DNA of 63,871 nucleotides, counting the filler, from Corallochytrium limacisporum Hawaii (Eukaryota; Protista; Pluriformea): assembly GCA_002811645.1 (NCBI GenBank). It is 5 parts of 5 records of this genome, joined end to end, with 100 filler letters (N's around TTAATTAATTAA, not from the genome) between each part and the next. Parts side by side here need not be neighbours in the genome. Positions count along the whole stretch, not along the records: positions 22,237 to 46,957 come from PDIP01000141.1; positions 47,058 to 53,724 come from PDIP01000281.1; positions 53,825 to 59,835 come from PDIP01000176.1; 2 more parts are not named here. One strand, written 5' to 3'. The notes below the pieces were generated by a model. The model was not told where the DNA came from. It saw nothing but the letters and a program-made list of their open reading frames with translations, and did no database searches. A program made the position numbers and the translations under genes. Below are positions 43,516-53,915 of this stretch, piece by piece; position 1 is the stretch's first letter, and each line of letters starts with the position of its first letter.

Positions 43516-46500
43516 TTACCCTGTTTCGGGCAGAGTGGCCATGTAGCAGTCCTCGTCAGCGCGGTGGTTGTGTTCGACGGAGTGCAGAACCCAGGACATG
43601 TTCACACACCGCCGGAATACAGGGATGCCCTGATGTCCGCTGGTGTGGTGGACTGAGGTAACAGCCTTTGCATTCACCTGATCCAGTGCGCCCACAATAC
43701 TCGGAACGATGACGACATGCGTAACGGAATCGTTCATATTGGAGGACACTGACGCGCCATATGCGCGCAGCATCGCAATTATCAGCCGCTTCTGTGCCTT
43801 TTGCAAGCACCGTCCAGCTTCAGTGGTGGAGGCCTGTGGTTCTTGCACTACCGCTGTTACGCCGTCGAAAAGAAAGGGACCAGTTCCATTCATTTCTCGA
43901 CACAGGTCTGGGACGAGGGCCTCAGCCATGGCGTGAAAACCTTCGCCGAAATCGATGTCGCCACTGCCCTTCACTTGCACTGGGCCGCCGAGCACTGCGC
44001 GTTTCTGGCGACTGAGCGATAGAGCTTCCCGGAGGGAATCGACGTCTGCATCCGCAGTGTAGGAGTCTCCATAAAGGTCAACAGCCCGTAGAGCTGACTT
44101 CGCACGGCCTTCGGGCGAGGCCCAGAACACGTGCTTGGACTGCAGGGGTAGCACTTCACCTGCCGATAGACAGTCAAGGATATACGACGGGTACAGAATG
44201 TCAAATTTTGCTCCTGCAGAGATGTAGTTTTTGACTGTAACTTTGGGTTTGGAGGCAATGGCGAAATCGGTTCTGTCCGTGGCGTGCTGGGTGATCTCAC
44301 CCCCATTTTCCACAATCTTTGTTTCAATTTCTGGCTTGCGGTCCTGTTGGCGGCGGCCCGCAACTAGTTTCTGCTTTGTTCCACCGAGAGCACCATCACC
44401 GTCCAGGTCATCGTCAAAGAAAGCGTTGAATACCAAAACCTCCAAACCCTCGAACAACTGGCCACTTACTTCGATACCGCGGGTGTTAATGCCGCGAGTT
44501 AGAATGTGCCGGCTCTTGGCCACCTTCCTTCGCTTAGTAGGTCTACGTGACTTGTCTCTTCCACCAATCCCACCGGTGCGTCTCCGGTCGAGCTCTTGGA
44601 GCCGCTGCTTATTCAACCGGTCACTGTGAGCCAGGATCTGTTGGAGTGTGGCCTCATCGAGGCACGTCGTATAGCTCAGATCCTCTCGAAAGCGTACAAT
44701 GCGTGGAAAACGCAAATCGATTCCTGTCGCATACTTCACGCTCGACTGAAACTCTGCAGCCCGTATTTCTACTACAACTGAATCTTGCGGTTCAATATAG
44801 ACCTCCGGGTTGTCCTGAGCCTTTGCAGTCCGCCCGACAGTCTGCAGCCATGGCACCTGGTTCCATCCAGGCCAAGGTCGCCACTTGTCCTGCAGCATGA
44901 CGTGAAGACGGTCTAAAGTGGCCATGGTGTAGCCAGAGCCAACGCGAGTCAGAGTTTTGAAGACCGGCATGGCCTCTTCCTGTGTTGATGATGCATCAGC
45001 ATGTCCATCCACGCGTACAGCCAGCAGGAAATAGGCAATCCGATTCCTGCGACGACCTTGACCGTAGTAACCTCCCACCACCAGACATTCCAGTGTTTCG
45101 CTAATTTCGTTCACGTAGTCCGGCTTGATCTTGACCCAAAGCTTGCGCTGGCCGGGCAGGTACGGAGCCTCAAGAGGCTTGAGCATGATGCCTTCTTGTC
45201 GGAGATCCATTGCACTGGTCAAATGGCTTATCACATCATCCCGGGTGTGCACTGGAAATTGATCTACAATATCCAGAATGCCATTGATGGGGTTGATGAT
45301 TTTCTCCAGTAGCTGGCGCCGGTTTTTCAGAGCCAGATTGCATAGATGGGTCCCGTTGAGATACAACACGTCAAAGACAATGTAGCACACAGTCTTCGAT
45401 CCCAACCGGCCTGCCTCGATGCTCTTCTTGCCCAGCAGAAAGACTTCCTCATGCACTTTGGTGCGCATAACCTGATTCTCATGGTCAAATACCAGCACCT
45501 CACCGTCCAAAATACAGTCCTCCACAGAGTCATGCAGCCCGCCAGACAGCATGGCCTGTGTATATGATCCTGCAATTTCTCTGCTCTCACCCAAATGCTC
45601 AGAGTATTCTTTACCACTGCGACTGAAATATTGGCATTTACCATCGTTACGCAGGTGCATCTGGAGGCGAACGCCGTCTAGTTTGTGCTCTGCCACCACC
45701 TCACTATAATTAGATAGCAATTGGTCCACCATATTCCAGTCTGTGAATTTTTCCCCTGCCATGGCCCGCACAGGTTCGAATGGCTTGACGTCAACGGACT
45801 GCAGCGATGCGTTTGGATCCTGTAGATGCCTTGCCACCTTAAGCAGCGAACTGGATCGATTGAAGTACTCAAGGGCCTCGGGATGGAATGCAGAGAGGAT
45901 GCTGCGTTCTGTCATACCAATCTTAATGTCTTTGACGATGATCCTGACCAACCACTGCAGTTCCTTCGGAGTACATCGGGACGCAAACTTGCGCAACGTG
46001 GCCTTCTGCATCTTTGGATTGTGCTCAACGCCCCCCTTTGCCAATTCATCGAGTAGCTGCTGCACTTCGTAGATAGTGAGAGTCGGTTGGCGCCGAATAC
46101 GTGGCTCTGAAACCTCGTACAGTGCGTCCGCAAAGTTTCCTGCCATCGTGTTGCTGGGGTCCCTGTAGTTGGTCAGTTTCCTTGCGTCAACAGAGTCTTT
46201 AGGAATGGCCAGCACTTCCACGAAATATTGCCCCAGCTTTAACACTTTCAGACCATAGTTTGCTCTGTGGCGCTCATGCTGTGGAATTAGCATGCGCAGA
46301 ACTGGGAACAGATTTAGATCCTTGTGTGCGCGCCACTCGTTGAAAAACTTCATCAACAACTTGGACTTTCCAGTTTTCTTGACCCTTCTGATCTCTTCAA
46401 ACAGCAAGACAAGCTCATTGAACAGAGTGCTCTTCGCTCCTGGGCAATCCTCTGCCATCTTCTGGAAGTCATCACCAACATCCTGTTCTTGAGCGTCTTG

Positions 46501-46524
46501 GCCTACTTGGTCCTTTTCGTCCAT
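43516..46524 (-). CDS. LIG4: DNA ligase IV with tandem C-terminal BRCT domains
   Basis: Motif I EHKLDG, ILDGEV, FDVLYLNG, EGIMLK, WVKIKPDY, LRFPR. Two BRCT-like segments: FEGLEVLV...IVENGG and FDGVT...YGA...THVV...W. Confidence 0.95.
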   Translation of the reverse strand: MDEKDQVGQDAQEQDVGDDFQKMAEDCPGAKSTLFNELVLLFEEIRRVKKTGKSKLLMKFFNEWRAHKDLNLFPVLRMLIPQHERHRANYGLKVLKLGQYFVEVLAIPKDSVDARKLTNYRDPSNTMAGNFADALYEVSEPRIRRQPTLTIYEVQQLLDELAKGGVEHNPKMQKATLRKFASRCTPKELQWLVRIIVKDIKIGMTERSILSAFHPEALEYFNRSSSLLKVARHLQDPNASLQSVDVKPFEPVRAMAGEKFTDWNMVDQLLSNYSEVVAEHKLDGVRLQMHLRNDGKCQYFSRSGKEYSEHLGESREIAGSYTQAMLSGGLHDSVEDCILDGEVLVFDHENQVMRTKVHEEVFLLGKKSIEAGRLGSKTVCYIVFDVLYLNGTHLCNLALKNRRQLLEKIINPINGILDIVDQFPVHTRDDVISHLTSAMDLRQEGIMLKPLEAPYLPGQRKLWVKIKPDYVNEISETLECLVVGGYYGQGRRRNRIAYFLLAVRVDGHADASSTQEEAMPVFKTLTRVGSGYTMATLDRLHVMLQDKWRPWPGWNQVPWLQTVGRTAKAQDNPEVYIEPQDSVVVEIRAAEFQSSVKYATGIDLRFPRIVRFREDLSYTTCLDEATLQQILAHSDRLNKQRLQELDRRRTGGIGGRDKSRRPTKRRKVAKSRHILTRGINTRGIEVSGQLFEGLEVLVFNAFFDDDLDGDGALGGTKQKLVAGRRQQDRKPEIETKIVENGGEITQHATDRTDFAIASKPKVTVKNYISAGAKFDILYPSYILDCLSAGEVLPLQSKHVFWASPEGRAKSALRAVDLYGDSYTADADVDSLREALSLSRQKRAVLGGPVQVKGSGDIDFGEGFHAMAEALVPDLCREMNGTGPFLFDGVTAVVQEPQASTTEAGRCLQKAQKRLIIAMLRAYGASVSSNMNDSVTHVVIVPSIVGALDQVNAKAVTSVHHTSGHQGIPVFRRCVNMSWVLHSVEHNHRADEDCYMATLPETG

Positions 46525-46957
46525 GTTTCAACTTGGCTCCACATCTTGTGAATAGACTTGTATCTCTATATGTATAGAAGACATGGCTGACACATACCAG
46601 AAGCCAAATTTGAAGTCATAAAGTTGTGATGAACAAAATATACGCGATAACTGCTCAGGGAAATGATTGCGGTTTGCAATGTCAGATATTCAAATACCAA
46701 CCTCTGTTCAATAAAAAAGTGCAGAATTTCGAAAAACCGGTGTTCAACAAAAAATTGCACAATTCGTGATTGTTAGCCCAAGCGTGTAACGCCATCATAT
46801 TTCGATATGTTAAGGAAAACAAATAAATCATAAACCTTGAATATATTTGATTATATGATTCAAAATATAAATATCTCAGCCAAAATCAAGCCGTTTGACA
46901 TGGTTTGTGCTGTCCGTTCGCGGCGGTTGGTGGCCTTCGAGATCACTTAATCTCTTT

Positions 46958-47057
46958 NNNNNNNNNNNNNNNNNNNNNNNNNNNNNNNNNNNNNNNNNNN
47001 NTTAATTAATTAANNNNNNNNNNNNNNNNNNNNNNNNNNNNNNNNNNNNNNNNNNNN
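46958..47057. other. Artificial contig linker
   Basis: N44-TTAATTAATTAA-N44. Confidence 0.97.
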
Positions 47058-47119
47058 CTTATATTACGGTGCATGTTTTTAGGCAGATTCCTCCTTAACT
47101 TATGGGGCAGAGGTTGGTA
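47058..47119 (-). mobile_element. Terminus (type A) of a collapsed repeat, probable TA-flanked DNA transposon or MITE
   Basis: 62 bp exact reverse complement of 53660-53721. Identity stops at a TA dinucleotide; the terminus reads TA-CCAACCTCTGCCCCATAA. Confidence 0.6.
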
Positions 47120-49390
47120 AGCCCTAAAACCAACCCACCAAACCCCCCCCCCCCCCAAAAAAAATAAAAAAGAAAACGAAGCCGAGCGGTCGGCAACTGG
47201 CCCCGCGTTAACGGCCCGCACAGTCACGGGCTACTGGGAGTCTATTTTCACGTGCCAAAGGGACGAAATTCGTGCCGCAGTGGGGGAGTTGCAAGAGCTT
47301 GAAACCGGTCTCACACTGCTTCCGCAGTGCACACACTATGGAAATTTGCAAAGGACCTGGGCCAAGTACTGGGGGCCGCGTATCACACAATCTTCCAGGT
47401 GGGTTTTCTTTGCACTTACCTCATTGTTTCCGCCGGTGGCATAAAATAGACTCCCAAGCTTCTAATAATGTATGAACCGTTGCGCAAGCGAGTTTCTATT
47501 TAAGGGAAGAAAGTGGGAGAGACCCCTGAGATTTGGGTCCCGCGTGTCAAAATAGACTCCCGAATCCATCGGCCTGGTTCCGGCATCCCACCGGGTGTTG
47601 ACGATTGTCCGCAGCCATGCAAGTAGGTCTGCCAGTTCCACATGTTACTCTACACACCACATGCCTATGATTGAGATCATTACCGCATAACATTTCTGAC
47701 TTTGTGTACGTGTGGCTGCATTGGATAGTTGCATTGGCGAAGGCAACGTCAGGTGTCTCGTGGTTCTGGAGCTCCGTTTGGTCCTTGGATTGACACTGCA
47801 GCCTCGCTGCCTGATTGTAATGAGGCCACATGTGTTTGTCAGTGAGTTTCCTTTATGTCTTCGATGGAGAATCGGTCTTCGAGTCCTGAAGATGGCTTGT
47901 GAGACAATGGGACGGAAGGTGACTCACCTTCCTGGGATAGGGCTGCACCTCCCAATGTGTTCCAGGATGGTCGCATTCCCTTTCCCTGCCCATTCCATTC
48001 AGCTGCGATGAAGAAGATCCTTCTCTGGCATCAACATCCCATGCTGATCATCTGAGTTTAAGCCTTTCCCTAGCGTCGATCACCTCAGGCTGGGTATGAT
48101 GGCCACTCCCCCGCACTATGCCACCACGGCGTACGGACGAACCCCCCTCCCCAACTTCAGCCACTCAGTGGACGACATTTGTCGCTTGCCGTCTAGCCAA
48201 CATATCTCATCGCGGGTGTGTAGAAAATGACAAAATGCTTACCGGCGCTTTAATCACACGTCACCTACACCACCACCAACCAACACAAAGGAGGGCATGT
48301 ATCAGCATGCACAGCGCTGTGTAGGGAGACACTGACAATCTGCCATTTTGCATTCCGTTCAGCAAGCCCACGGGTTGCTCCACACAAGGGCGTTTTCGGG
48401 GTGATTCACGTACTCGAAGAGCAAGTGTGGGGGGCGCGACCATTCCCTCAACTCCTTGTGTACCACGTACATAGTTGGGAACAAGCGGCGATACCAGTCC
48501 GATTTGTTCATCAAAGGGCTCTCAGGTAGTATGAGCGCTTCTGTCGCAGATGTCGTCGACATCGAAGATGCTTAGGCAGAAGAAAAGAGAACGCAGGCAC
48601 TCAACGAGGCCGCAGCAAACGTGGCGATGTCCCTTAAGACGAGTGTGTGCCATGAGCTGGCACCGCCACCCCCGTGCTTTGGTTTCGTTTGCCCACATCA
48701 CACAGCCCTGGGTCGGTCAGGGCACGGCATGAGATCGAGGGAAATTTTTCTTGGAACGAAGAAAACAACCGCCGCCCCCCCCCCCACCCCGGGGGGTCTC
48801 TCGGGCCTTGCCGATACTGACACTGAGGCACGCGCCCGCAGTGGTTCTCCAGCCAACAAATATCTAGCCACGACCTACTTGGGACTGCAAACGAAACATG
48901 TATAGCCGGTCCACTGACCAGTACATTTACTACTGGTACCTGATCACTTCCAGACGGACCGCACACTCGACGGAGAGAGAGAGGGAGGGCGAGACTCGAG
49001 GGGCGGTTGGGGCACCTGTGGCCCGCTGTGGTGCTGTCCCTGGGCCCATCACCGTCACAAACACGAACAAACACCGATAAGCGATCGCACACCAGTGGTC
49101 AATTACACCTCACTGTGTTTGGCTTCTGTTTCCGGACCAAATTTTGATGCTGGGTCAGGCGCAGCATGATGGAAGTGATGAGGAGGACCATAAACAAAAA
49201 GCACTGAGTGGAACAGATATATAAAGGAAAGCAGAGCAGATACCAAACTGGGATCATGTCTTCATTGGACGGTGACACCTACGGGTGCAAAAATTGCGAT
49301 TAAGATAAAGAAATGGCAAAGACCATGTTTTTCTGAGCGAACGGGGTAATAGAACTAACAAAGGACAGATAGAAATTCTAGCCATACACA

Positions 49391-50962
49391 ATGGCAGGTC
49401 CATACTCTTCCGAGAGCGGGGCCGAGAAGCGTTCCAGGGACGTCTCGCCACGCAAGAGTGTTCGGAACGGTGCATCCTACACAGCCAACCACCACGGGAT
49501 GTATGAAGAAAAGCCAGGTATGTTTTTGCGGTTCCTTAGCTTCTTGATCTTTGCTGTCCTTGCTGTGGCACTGCTGTACGGACCGCATCAACTCGATCTT
49601 GGGGCTGTCGCGCCGACAGGCGAGGAACTAGCTAAGCCTAGCGTCGGCGAGTTCTGCGAGCTTCGCGGTGTGCTCGACGATTGCAAGTGCAATATGACAT
49701 CTGTGGATTCCTTAAACAACGAACTTTCGGGGACCATGGACAAGCTGCTAGAGCATGAGTTTTTCCATTGGTACAAGGTCGACCTCTACAAGGGTTGCGA
49801 CGTCTGGCCTGACGATGGCATGTGTGCGAACGAGGGCTGTGCAGTAAAGGAATGTGAACAGCCGACGTGGCTCCAGGATGGAGAGCGCACAGTTCGCCTG
49901 GATCCCGACTGCGAGGGCCTGGACGTGGTCGACAAGGATGCGACCGAACGTAACCAGGCCAGGCTTGATCGCATGGATAAGCATGACCTCAAAAAGCTTG
50001 AAGATTACCTATTCTGTGCACCGGATGCTTACGAATCTCCGGAAGCTGAATATTTTAACCTCTACGATAATCCGGAACGATTCACAGGCTACGGTGGTGA
50101 GCATGCTGCCAGGATTTGGGGTGCAATTTACAAGGAGAATTGCTTCTACCCGGAGGGGGCCAAATTCCTGACATCCAAGACAATCAAGGACCTCTGCGCA
50201 GAGAAACGTATTTTCTATCGCATTGTCTCCGGTTTGCACGCTTCCATCAATGTCGATGTCGCCTACAATTTCTTACACCCGGACAAGACCTGGGGTCCTT
50301 CCCTAGATTTCTTCATCCGTCGTTTCCACCCGGAGTTCACCTGGGGCGAGGGGCCAACCTGGATCAAGAACCTCTACTTCGCGTACACGTTTATGCTACG
50401 CGGCATCACCAAGGCCCAGGAAGCCCTCCTGCGCTACGACTACTTCACAGGCGACGAGGACACGCAACAACCCGCTGCGATTCGCAAACTTATCGGTGAA
50501 ATGACCACGATCACTTCCACTTGTCCGGAACTCTTTGATGAGACGGCGCTCTTCACCGGAGACGACCATGAGGAGCTCATGCTCGAGTTCCGAGACCACT
50601 TCCGGAATGTGACGCGGATCATGGACTGCGTTGGCTGCGACAAGTGCAGATTGTGGGCGAAAGTCCAGGTCCAGGGCTTGGCTACGTCCATGCGCGTGCT
50701 GTTTGCGGAGCATCCGACCGAGGTGGTGATCGATCGCAACGAAATCGTGGCCATGTTTCAGACACTGGGACGCCTGAGTCATTCCATGAAGGCCATCGAT
50801 GACTTCCGGGGCATGCTCCGGCAGCAAGGTGATGAGGTGTATGAGCAGATGAAGAGTCCACAGGTTGGGTCTTTCTCAGAAGGAAAACAGGTGGAGGCAG
50901 GCCGACCCAAAGGAGGTAATGACGGGGTTGGGGATGCCACAAAGAAGGTACCTTTCATTTGA
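49391..50962 (+). CDS. ERO1: ER oxidoreductin 1
   Basis: Shuttle cysteines CANEGC, NPERFTGY, IW.AIY.ENC, EKRIFYRIVSGLHASI, and inner active site MDCVGCDKCRLW. N-terminal hydrophobic segment. Confidence 0.96.
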   Translation: MAGPYSSESGAEKRSRDVSPRKSVRNGASYTANHHGMYEEKPGMFLRFLSFLIFAVLAVALLYGPHQLDLGAVAPTGEELAKPSVGEFCELRGVLDDCKCNMTSVDSLNNELSGTMDKLLEHEFFHWYKVDLYKGCDVWPDDGMCANEGCAVKECEQPTWLQDGERTVRLDPDCEGLDVVDKDATERNQARLDRMDKHDLKKLEDYLFCAPDAYESPEAEYFNLYDNPERFTGYGGEHAARIWGAIYKENCFYPEGAKFLTSKTIKDLCAEKRIFYRIVSGLHASINVDVAYNFLHPDKTWGPSLDFFIRRFHPEFTWGEGPTWIKNLYFAYTFMLRGITKAQEALLRYDYFTGDEDTQQPAAIRKLIGEMTTITSTCPELFDETALFTGDDHEELMLEFRDHFRNVTRIMDCVGCDKCRLWAKVQVQGLATSMRVLFAEHPTEVVIDRNEIVAMFQTLGRLSHSMKAIDDFRGMLRQQGDEVYEQMKSPQVGSFSEGKQVEAGRPKGGNDGVGDATKKVPFI

Positions 50963-51216
50963 TGACGTGGGGTTCTGCTTCCCATGGTGTCATTACCTTG
51001 CGCACACCATAGCATCAAACAATAGGTTCCAGAACCACATTCCATCATGACCAACAAAAGACCACAAATATTCACAATCCAGTCTTATAAGGGAATACAT
51101 GTATTCATGACGCGTTATGCGCAAGCACTAACAAATGAAAGCAGTAGGTAACAATGGGATAAGTGGGTAAAAAGAGCTCTCATAGCCCACAGTCTGGATC
51201 CGATACCTTGTGGACT

Positions 51217-51648
51217 TCAAGCGATCTCAGGAGCATCGGGTCCAACATTCTCTGTTTCGGGATCGTAAAAGACACGGACGCGGTCGAAGCGAAGGTCTTT
51301 AGTGACCGGGGTGCCATTGGGAATAGCAGTGACTTGATTCAAGTCAGGACGTTCAGCCTGAATTCTAGCCACTGCTTCGTCCTTGTTGGTACCCACCAAC
51401 TCAGGCCACTTAGTTAAAACTGGCATATCGGGCCATTCAGTTACAACCGGCATATTGGGCCGTCTTTCTGGCATATCGGCCCGTTTTTCTGGCATATCGA
51501 AACTGGGGGTGGAAGCGCTTTGGCCGTGGCCGATCTGAATGTTGCTGTGGATGAAGGCACCGTATAGGATGACAACAATGAAAAGACCGACCATCAAGCA
51601 CAGAGTGCGTCCAGCGTCACCCCTGCGTGGCACACGAGTATCAGACAT
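51217..51648 (-). CDS. Potato inhibitor I (MEROPS I13, eglin/CI-2-like) protease inhibitor with N-terminal TM/signal anchor, copy 1
   Basis: KWPELVG....A...I..ERP, reactive loop PVTKDLRFDRVRVFYD, and terminal P.IA. Confidence 0.92.
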   Translation of the reverse strand: MSDTRVPRRGDAGRTLCLMVGLFIVVILYGAFIHSNIQIGHGQSASTPSFDMPEKRADMPERRPNMPVVTEWPDMPVLTKWPELVGTNKDEAVARIQAERPDLNQVTAIPNGTPVTKDLRFDRVRVFYDPETENVGPDAPEIA

Positions 51649-52208
51649 GTCGCTTGCCGTTCAAAGTCTCCCGTAAGATTCTTAAATTTTTTCTACACTG
51701 TTACCAGTGAACCCCAAAGAGAGGTAGCAGAGCGCTAATTACGCGGCCATCTCGTATTGAGTCTGCAAAAGATTTCTACATTGAAATACGACATGCAAGG
51801 CCAGAGGTGTATACTATTTACATGCAGCTGTAACAGACTACTTCACCAATCACAAATACGCCCATCGAAAAGAGAATAATGACTGTACTTTCAATGACTC
51901 CGTTGCGCCAAGACAAGTGAACCCGCTCACTCCGGAGTTGGGAATCCCATCGCTCGCAACGAGAATTTTTGGGAATCGCCCGCGTCGGTTTTGCGGGTGG
52001 GCCCCTCCGAAGACGGGTGACTTCCTGCATACATACACTACCGCATTCACGGCCCCCGCCTGTGTCACATAATCCAATCTTATAAGGGGAATACATGTAT
52101 TCATAAGGTTTACGCGCAAGCACTAACAAATGAAAGCAGTAGGTAATGATGGGTTAAGTGGCTTATAGCTCTCATAGCGCAAAATCATGATCCGATACCG
52201 TGTGGACT

Positions 52209-52571
52209 TCAACCGATCATAGGGGCACGGGGTCCAACATTCTCTGTTTCGGAATCGTAAAAGACACGGACGCGGTCCTCGCGGTAGTCTGCTGTGACCA
52301 TGCTGCCATTGGGAAGAGCAGTGACTTGGGTCAAATCAGGACGTTCAGCCTGAATTGTAGCCACTGCATTGTCCTTGTTGGCACCCACCAACTCGGGCCA
52401 CTTAGTTTTGTCTGGCATGACGACACTGGGGGCGGAAGAGCTTTGGCCGTGACCGACCTGAATGTTGCTGTGGATGAAGGCACCGTATACGATGGCAACA
52501 ATGAAGAGACCGACAATCAAGTAAAGAGTGCGTCCAGCGTCACTCCTGCGTGCCACGCGAGTATCAGACAT
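52209..52571 (-). CDS. Potato inhibitor I family protease inhibitor with N-terminal TM/signal anchor, copy 2
   Basis: KWPELVG, MVTADYREDRVRVFYD, and terminal PMIG. Confidence 0.92.
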   Translation of the reverse strand: MSDTRVARRSDAGRTLYLIVGLFIVAIVYGAFIHSNIQVGHGQSSSAPSVVMPDKTKWPELVGANKDNAVATIQAERPDLTQVTALPNGSMVTADYREDRVRVFYDSETENVGPRAPMIG

Positions 52572-53268
52572 GTAGCTTGCCGTTCAAAGTTTCCCGTAAG
52601 ATTCCAATTTGTTTCTACACTATTACCAGTGAATCCGAAAAGGAGTAGCAGAGCGCTGGTAACGCGACCATTTCGTATTTTGTCTGAAAAAGATTTCTTC
52701 CTTGAAATACGACACGCAAGGCCAAAGGAACGAATTATCTCTGAGGAATATATTATTTCCACGCAGTTAAAATGCATAACTTCACAAATCACCAATGCGC
52801 CTATGGAAAAGAGTATAGTGACTGTACTTCGGTGCAAAAAGAGTCCAGTTGTACCAAAGGAAAAGTGAACCATCACCGAGTTTTTACGCACAGACACCAA
52901 TAGATAATAAACACAATACGTCCACTCCCGGGGTGGGATCCCCCTCCCCCATCGATCGCAACAAAACTAAACAATGACAGAATTTTTGGGGGAAACTCCC
53001 CCCCCGGGGGCGGTCGTCCCTCCGTAAACGAATGACAAATCTTCATACGTATACTACCGCAGTCACTGCCCCACCACCCCCCCCCGCCGGGGGTTTTCCT
53101 GTGTCGTTCATTTTTTTTTTTTGAGATTTTCTCTGGGGGTTGTGTGCGCTCACAACGTTTGTCCTGACACACACACCCCTCCTCCCACCCCGGGGCCCGC
53201 CCGCTCGTACTCGGGCAGTGGGTGTACCAGCGAACGGCTCCTGTCATCCGGCTTTTCTATACCCGCTC

Positions 53269-53380
53269 TGTGTGTGTGTGTGTCTCTCTCTCAAGCTGCT
53301 CGAGCTCTCGCTTTCTCTCTCTCTGTCTCTCTCTCTCTCTCTCTGCGTCTCTCCCTCACACACACAGTCTCTCTCTCGCC
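53269..53380. repeat. Compound microsatellite (TG)n/(CT)n/(CA)n
   Basis: Directly visible. Confidence 0.85.
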
Positions 53381-53659
53381 CTCTCCCACCGTCCGGCTCG
53401 TCAAGCCAATATTTCCATTGTTTCAGTACCGAGGCGTATGGCACAATGTGGTCCCCGTGTCCCGCTTTGGTTCTCGAGTGACGTGGGGTAGGGGGGGGGG
53501 GAAGGGGGAGGGGAAGAAAATTCTTTGGGCCCGTGGACGAACCCTCCCCCCAACCAAAACACTCCCAAAGAAACAGTGGTCCCCGCTGCACTACGAACCA
53601 AAGGGGTTGAAATCATTGCCCAACGCGAATCAAAACGAGACGGGTCTCCGTATTATTCA

Positions 53660-53724
53660 TACCAACCTCTGCCCCATAAGTTAAGGAGGAATCTGCCTAA
53701 AAACATGCACCGTAATATAAGGAG
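53660..53724 (+). mobile_element. Terminus (type A) of a collapsed repeat running into the linker
   Basis: Exact inverted copy of 47058-47119; begins at TA. Confidence 0.6.
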
Positions 53725-53824
53725 NNNNNNNNNNNNNNNNNNNNNNNNNNNNNNNNNNNNNNNNNNNNTTAATTAATTAANNNNNNNNNNNNNNNNNNNN
53801 NNNNNNNNNNNNNNNNNNNNNNNN
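53725..53824. other. Artificial contig linker
   Basis: N44-TTAATTAATTAA-N44. Confidence 0.97.
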
Positions 53825-53852
53825 TTTGAACTCGGTTGGCGCGAATTTCTCC

Positions 53853-53915
53853 CTCCCTCCTTATTCCGGTTGATTAAATGTGATTTGGAGCAATATTTCG
53901 ACGCAGAGGATAGTA
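53853..53915 (+). mobile_element. Terminus (type B) of a collapsed repeat
   Basis: 63 bp identical to 59936-59998. Ends GCAGAGGATAG-TA; the reverse complement TACTATCCTCTGC resembles the type A end TACCAACCTCTGC. Confidence 0.6.

Larger units (their letters stand above)
51075..53075. repeat. Diverged tandem duplication of about 1 kb (approximately 51075-52065 and 52070-53075)
   Basis: Besides the two inhibitor CDSs, both units share flanks such as gggaatacatgtattcat...gcgcaagcactaacaaatgaaagcagtaggtaa, cttgccgttcaaagt and tgactgtactt. Boundaries are approximate. Confidence 0.85.

Noticed and set aside
29766-46492. Many 60-260 aa ORFs antisense to or overlapping RALGAPB, the F-box gene and LIG4
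   Set aside because: These are shadow ORFs of GC-rich coding sequence with no motifs.
52200-52868. 222-aa plus-strand ORF over inhibitor copy 2
   Set aside because: It is antisense to a clear I13 inhibitor gene and is not kept open in the duplicated unit.
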